Shown here piece after piece: positions 60,401-64,000 of a stretch of DNA of 64,000 bases. The notes beneath the pieces are model-generated. The model worked only from the letters and a program-made list of their open reading frames with translations, was not told the DNA's origin and ran no database searches. This DNA is from Phoronis australis (Eukaryota > Animalia > Phoronida), in assembly GCA_002633005.1 (NCBI GenBank), contig NMRA01000115.1:135996-199995 (forward strand), in the 5' to 3' direction. The translations under genes were made by a program, and so were the position numbers. The first letter of the stretch is position 1, and every line of letters begins with the position of its first letter.

Positions 60401-63198
60401 AAAGCAATTACCAATTTCAGATTCTGGTCGATACCGGGAACCCAGAGCTGCATCTGAAAGAAAATGATAATAGTTAAAACAAAACTTTACATCAACTTTT
60501 GAGCAACAGATGTTTGAATCAACGAGGTAGTTACTGAGTTTGTAACGTCTGTCAAGTTGTTTTGTCAACTGTTACGTGCTTGAGCTCAACACATACGGAT
60601 GTTTAGTGATGACGTGTCATGGCAGTAGATGACGCAATTTGGACTCATAAATGCGAATAGACATGGCGTCACACTCGGCCCAAAACGTCACAATGACGTC
60701 AAAATGGTGCCATGCTAAACCACTACACACGTTCTCGTGATTGTGCAATATTAAAACAATTCACCTATTACTCGGCCGGGGTCTAATTTTTCTACTTGAA
60801 ATCGAACTCCAAACTATTTTTGCTATGTTTCATTATACCGAAAAAATATTCCAAAAATATAAATGACATTTGTTGGGAAGAACTTTTCGATTTTGTGTAG
60901 AAATTTTGGACCCCCTGCCAATAGATGTAGGTATTTTTGTTTGGTTATTACTTGATCTCATTTGACTTGTTGTTTCAGAGGTTTCTTGACGTTTAAAAGC
61001 TCCGGGTTATCTGACCTAACTTATCTAGAAATATGTACATGTATGGCTACCAAGCCATACTTAAAATGATACTGTCATTCCATTGGAATGTTCCGATATA
61101 ACTCTCTTGAAAGGACGTCTGTATACAGTATAATAACCTGGGAAGGCAGTCACTGCTTACCTTCTTCTTTAAGTTGGACAAGTTCACCGAAAACATATTG
61201 CTCTGGAAAAATAAAAGAGATTAGTTGTGTATCAAGGAAGTGACAGACACTTCAGAAATATGGCGACATATTGGAGCATTTTGGAAACTGATAATTGGAC
61301 GCAAGAAGACTACTCTTTCGTGAGTGAGATTTGTTCGTGCATAGCCGTGATACTATCGTCCCTATTCGTGTCTTGCGCTTCCTGGTAATGTTGTAACCAA
61401 ACATTCACTCAAATCTAGCACACCTAGCTTCGTGACCGACCACCACGCCTCACTCCAGGCTTCAAGTAAACCTTCTCGATGAGATTTATTAAATTTTGAG
61501 GATTATTTGGTGGTCACGTGTCCTGAGGTACAAGAAGGGCTTTCGCCGTTATCAAGTCACTCGTGACGTCACCCTAAGAAAAAGTGAGAATGAAACAGGC
61601 CTTGCGACCTGAAGCTGCGTTATGGACGAGTCGAGTTTTACAGCCCTAGATGATATGGGAATACATTGGAACTTACGGAGCAAAGGGAACTCAGGTGACA
61701 TGCACTTCCCAATGCAATCTACGGCCTTTTCCCCGACCTTTTCTAGCCAACATTTTGGGTCCACCTGACATTCTTGAACCCAAGACTTCACCTCTGATAG
61801 AGAAGTACCCATGCACGTCGCAAGGCATTTGATAAACTGGTCATCTTGCACGTCAGCTGACGAATCTGTGACATTATATTAATGTAATTTAATTTATTGT
61901 CGAACTTGAAGTGACGATAACCTCTTGACTACGTGTATATATATTGGTTTCCAAGAGAGACTTCATGGGCACGAAAAGAGGAAATACGCAATACAATACA
62001 ATACAATACAAGGCAATGCATAACGATATCATACAATGCATTATTAGTAAATGGATTGTAACATGTTAAGGGTGACAAAAGTGGAAGTGCCTACAATTAA
62101 CAGCACCCTCTCCTAAGTAAAATGATACAAAAATTGTATACATGCATCGTTATTTTTTGTGAGATGCCAAAAAGAACTATGGCAACTTACAGATGATATG
62201 GGAAAAAGTTAGAACGCAAGGTATCAATTAATGCAAAATGTAAATTTTAATATGAGAGAGTCTTGGTCTCTACATTTCGACGTTTGTGAACACAGAGATT
62301 GACTGACTGAGCATTTCTGAGGACAGCAAAAATGAACATGAATCCACTTTTAGTAAAGGTTTTGAAATAATTCAAGGAACAACACTTAAAAGTTCATTTT
62401 AGATACAAAATTTCTTGAAATAACAAACCTTGTGTGTACTGTAATGGACCTGGAGGGAAAATAAAAGAAACTATTACTGTCAACTTTTAAGAAGATTCAG
62501 GCAAGACCAAGTGCGGCACGTCTATTATGCAAAATATCTGGAGGCAATCTTTCATGTGCAGTATAGCAATGGGGTGAACCTATGAAGTGACTTTTAGCAT
62601 GACTGAACCTTTCTGAGATGGATGCTAATGTACAGTTGTCCCCAGTTTTAATTCTGAATTGGGTAAATCCCATTCACCAACAGGGGGTGTTCAGGAGTGC
62701 ATTCTTCAGACACAGGAGTATAGCGAAAATGCAAGATCACGTAAATTTTCGAGATAAATTGCAAGCGAAGCGCGTGATCAAAGTAAAGAGAACATTTCCT
62801 CCACTATCGCGAAGTACCACTTAATGAATTCCGAACGAAATTGCTAGGATTGTCACCTCAGGTAGCTACATGATTTCGTGTCCTCCGAATGTGCTAAACG
62901 CATGTGGAAAGTTTGCAATCTCTACACTTGATAAGCCATTAAAAGTTCCTTTTATACCCAAAAACAAATATTGTACAGATAAGAACACCAGTCTGTACAG
63001 TGAAATAATTCACCGCGTAGGCGCATGCACTTTAATGCGGATGCACATGTAAGCGCAATTTCATATGCAGGCGCATATGCCTAAATACACGCATCTACGG
63101 TAATGATGGTAACCTGAACACAAATCAATCCAAGTAAACTTACCACCAATAGTTGTTGTGACCAAAACGGCCAATGTAATTATCACAAACCCTTTCAT
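48498..63198 (-). CDS. Uncharacterised secreted cysteine-rich repeat glycoprotein, about 773 aa, with 11 six-Cys modules
   Basis: Exons 5'->3': 63198-63144 (signal MKGFVIITLAVLVTTTIG), 62449-62429, 61865-61677, 61202-61161, 60453-60412, 59763-59599, 59294-59109, 58448-58269, 57689-57648, 56879-56691, 56425-56381, 55883-55719, 55485-55300, 54553-54374, 53522-53481, 52811-52647, 52207-52043, 51054-50983, 49668-49516, 48535-48498 (WVNFYESGHRL*). All internal exons are multiples of 3 and phase 1/1; total 2322 nt with no internal stop; TATA box upstream and AATAAA downstream near 48245-48250. Confidence 0.88.
49516..49668 (-). CDS. Cys-module G (not in ORF track)
   Basis: LINCMADCLNISESDAERWFTQCGYNPICWSQTLRSPGLNCFQKCSRKPG. 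Confidence 0.9.
51585..51839. mobile_element. PIF/Harbinger-like MITE of about 255 bp
   Basis: TIR gggcccgttccaagaaactgactta / taagtcagttctgctggaacggacccc; CTG on both flanks; AT-rich interior with many cttaag motifs. Confidence 0.7.
52043..52207 (-). CDS. Cys-module F
   Basis: PPPDQFTLCIESCLNRTYEDMIGLFLRCSTNATCWTEIFGTRYVECLDSCTIPQ. Confidence 0.9.
52353..52548. repeat. GA-rich low-complexity purine tract
   Basis: gagagagtggggagagggagaaagatggaagg...; accounts for the L/S/P-rich tail of ORF 52072..52776. Confidence 0.9.
52647..52811 (-). CDS. Cys-module E (GC donor)
   Basis: AGDNRDPIGLCMSMCLHVSYVDVVTLFVKCKWDDECWTNSVGDRGPVCLSKCQK G|gcaagt. Confidence 0.85.
54374..54553 (-). CDS. Cys-module D2
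   Basis: LQQVVQFVVCDANCMYNATSKIGHWFIQCGFNATCWQNAVGRQVVMCLNQCLPEEASPL. Confidence 0.9.
55300..55485 (-). CDS. Cys-module C2
   Basis: PYIDMAVKFGKCEAQCLVNATVKVDDWKAQCGNNLTCWRDVLSAQLWDCTQKCSPIPIPHI. Confidence 0.9.
55719..55883 (-). CDS. Cys-module B2 (not in ORF track)
   Basis: LDVLNPACQVQCLDMTFLQWFGVALKCNTNAACWKEFAATSKFQTCAKKCSVDV. Confidence 0.9.
56691..56879 (-). CDS. Cys-module A2
   Basis: EAIPSWLVDFLKCEAECLGKSLTEVEQWYQECQTDAKCWFRVIGLKGVECVGQCIPQEFDVL. Confidence 0.9.
58269..58448 (-). CDS. Cys-module D1
   Basis: LEEVVEFVVCDTKCMAHASSQIGKWFVKCGLNTSCWQMVLMGQAITCLNQCAPEQQGPI. Confidence 0.9.
59109..59294 (-). CDS. Cys-module C1
   Basis: PYVEIVAKFAECEAQCMINSTANVKEWRAKCGSDLLCWGRVLEVQLWNCTKKCSPIPIPTI. 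Confidence 0.9.
59599..59763 (-). CDS. Cys-module B1
   Basis: VDVLNPVCQVQCLNMTPFNWFELALKCNSNVTCWKEFASTPKFQACVKNCSIDI. Confidence 0.9.
61677..61865 (-). CDS. Cys-module A1
   Basis: FIKCLATCMGTSLSEVKSWVQECQVDPKCWLEKVGEKAVDCIGKCMSPEFPLL. Confidence 0.9.
63144..63198 (-). CDS. Signal-peptide exon of the Cys-repeat gene
   Basis: gccattATG AAA GGG...GGT G|gtaagt; MKGFVIITLAVLVTTTIG. Confidence 0.85.
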
Positions 63199-63249
63199 AA
63201 TGGCCTGTTGAAACTGGATATTGAAATCGTTTTAATGTACGCAGTTAGC

Positions 63250-63293
63250 TTTTATATATCTCAACCGAAAAGATTGCTCCAGCACTTGCGTCA
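63250..63293 (-). promoter_or_regulatory. TATA box (TATATAAAAG) and TGACGCAA (CRE/C-EBP-like) site upstream of the Cys-repeat gene
   Basis: The minus strand reads TATATAAAAG at 63259-63250, about 50 nt upstream of the ATG, and TGACGCAA at 63293-63286. Confidence 0.55.
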
Positions 63294-64000
63294 TTTTAAG
63301 CCAAACCATCTGATTATTCTTATGAGATTTAGAGGGTGATTAGACCCACCAAACGATTTATTTAGAAACAGTTATCTTAATTTCATTGTGTGCTGTTGCC
63401 CAGCTGGTTGCTCCGTTAATTCGCCCCTGCAAATCCTCTTAGTTCAGAGTATAAATGTTCGCACGTTATCGTTTTCGCCATAGGCTTACATACGCCATTC
63501 CTTTCGAGGGTCCGAAGGTTGACCGCAACTACCGCTGTCACCAATATCAGCCTTGCTCAGTAGAACTCGGGAGGCTCTACTTGTTTGCATTTTGAGGAAA
63601 ATTGAAGATTTGAATTTGTTTGAGTTTTTGACTTAAGCGAAGTACATGTAATACGTACACGCATTTTGCCAAACAACCAACTTTTGATTTGGACAAACAA
63701 CTGATTGCAACATACAACGGAATACTACAAGCGATTTTTGAGCCTTAGAAGAGCTGACAGTTCGTTTTTTGCTTGACACCATGCTTGCCACAAAAAATTG
63801 ACCAATACGTACTCAGGCCAACTTTGATCTTAGTCAGCAGCGAGCTGTAAGGTTCTCCCTAAGCAAATCCCGTGTCAAATGACATCGTCGTATGGAGGTC
63901 GCAAAGTACATGTATGCAGTATCTTGATTGCGTCTAGTGTACTTGTTCGACACTTGGTGTCTCTGGTGTGGTGTAGCTAAGGATGTTGGGTAATAAAAAC

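Noticed and set aside
48498-63198. Calling the Cys-repeat gene prosaposin
   Set aside because: Saposin-B domains are about 80 aa with C-x2-C at the start and a different spacing; these modules span about 42 aa from Cys1 to Cys6 with C-x3-C at both ends.

Overview
Eukaryotic, intron-rich, AT-rich animal DNA, probably from a marine invertebrate (inferred from CatSper retention and the repeat landscape). I reconstructed three spliced genes by hand from splice sites and intron-phase continuity. (1) The 3' part of a mucolipin/TRPML lysosomal cation channel on the + strand (11 exons, 15..13778). (2) An apparently complete CatSper delta-like (CATSPERD/TMEM146) auxiliary subunit on the - strand (about 21 exons, about 790 aa, 45336 or 46793 to 17896), tail-to-tail with mucolipin. 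(3) A secreted protein I do not recognise on the - strand (63198 to 48498; 20 exons, about 773 aa, every intron phase 1). It is built from eleven single-exon six-cysteine modules, C-x3-C-x14-C-x5-CW-x10/11-C-x3-C, with an ABCD-ABCD-E-F-G duplication history, short linker micro-exons and one GC-AG intron. This gene is the most novel-looking element. The introns carry several MITEs, minisatellites and two duplications flanking single-N gaps that are probably assembly artefacts. Most ORFs in the supplied track are spurious or exon fragments. Homology calls rest on recalled family motifs, not database searches.
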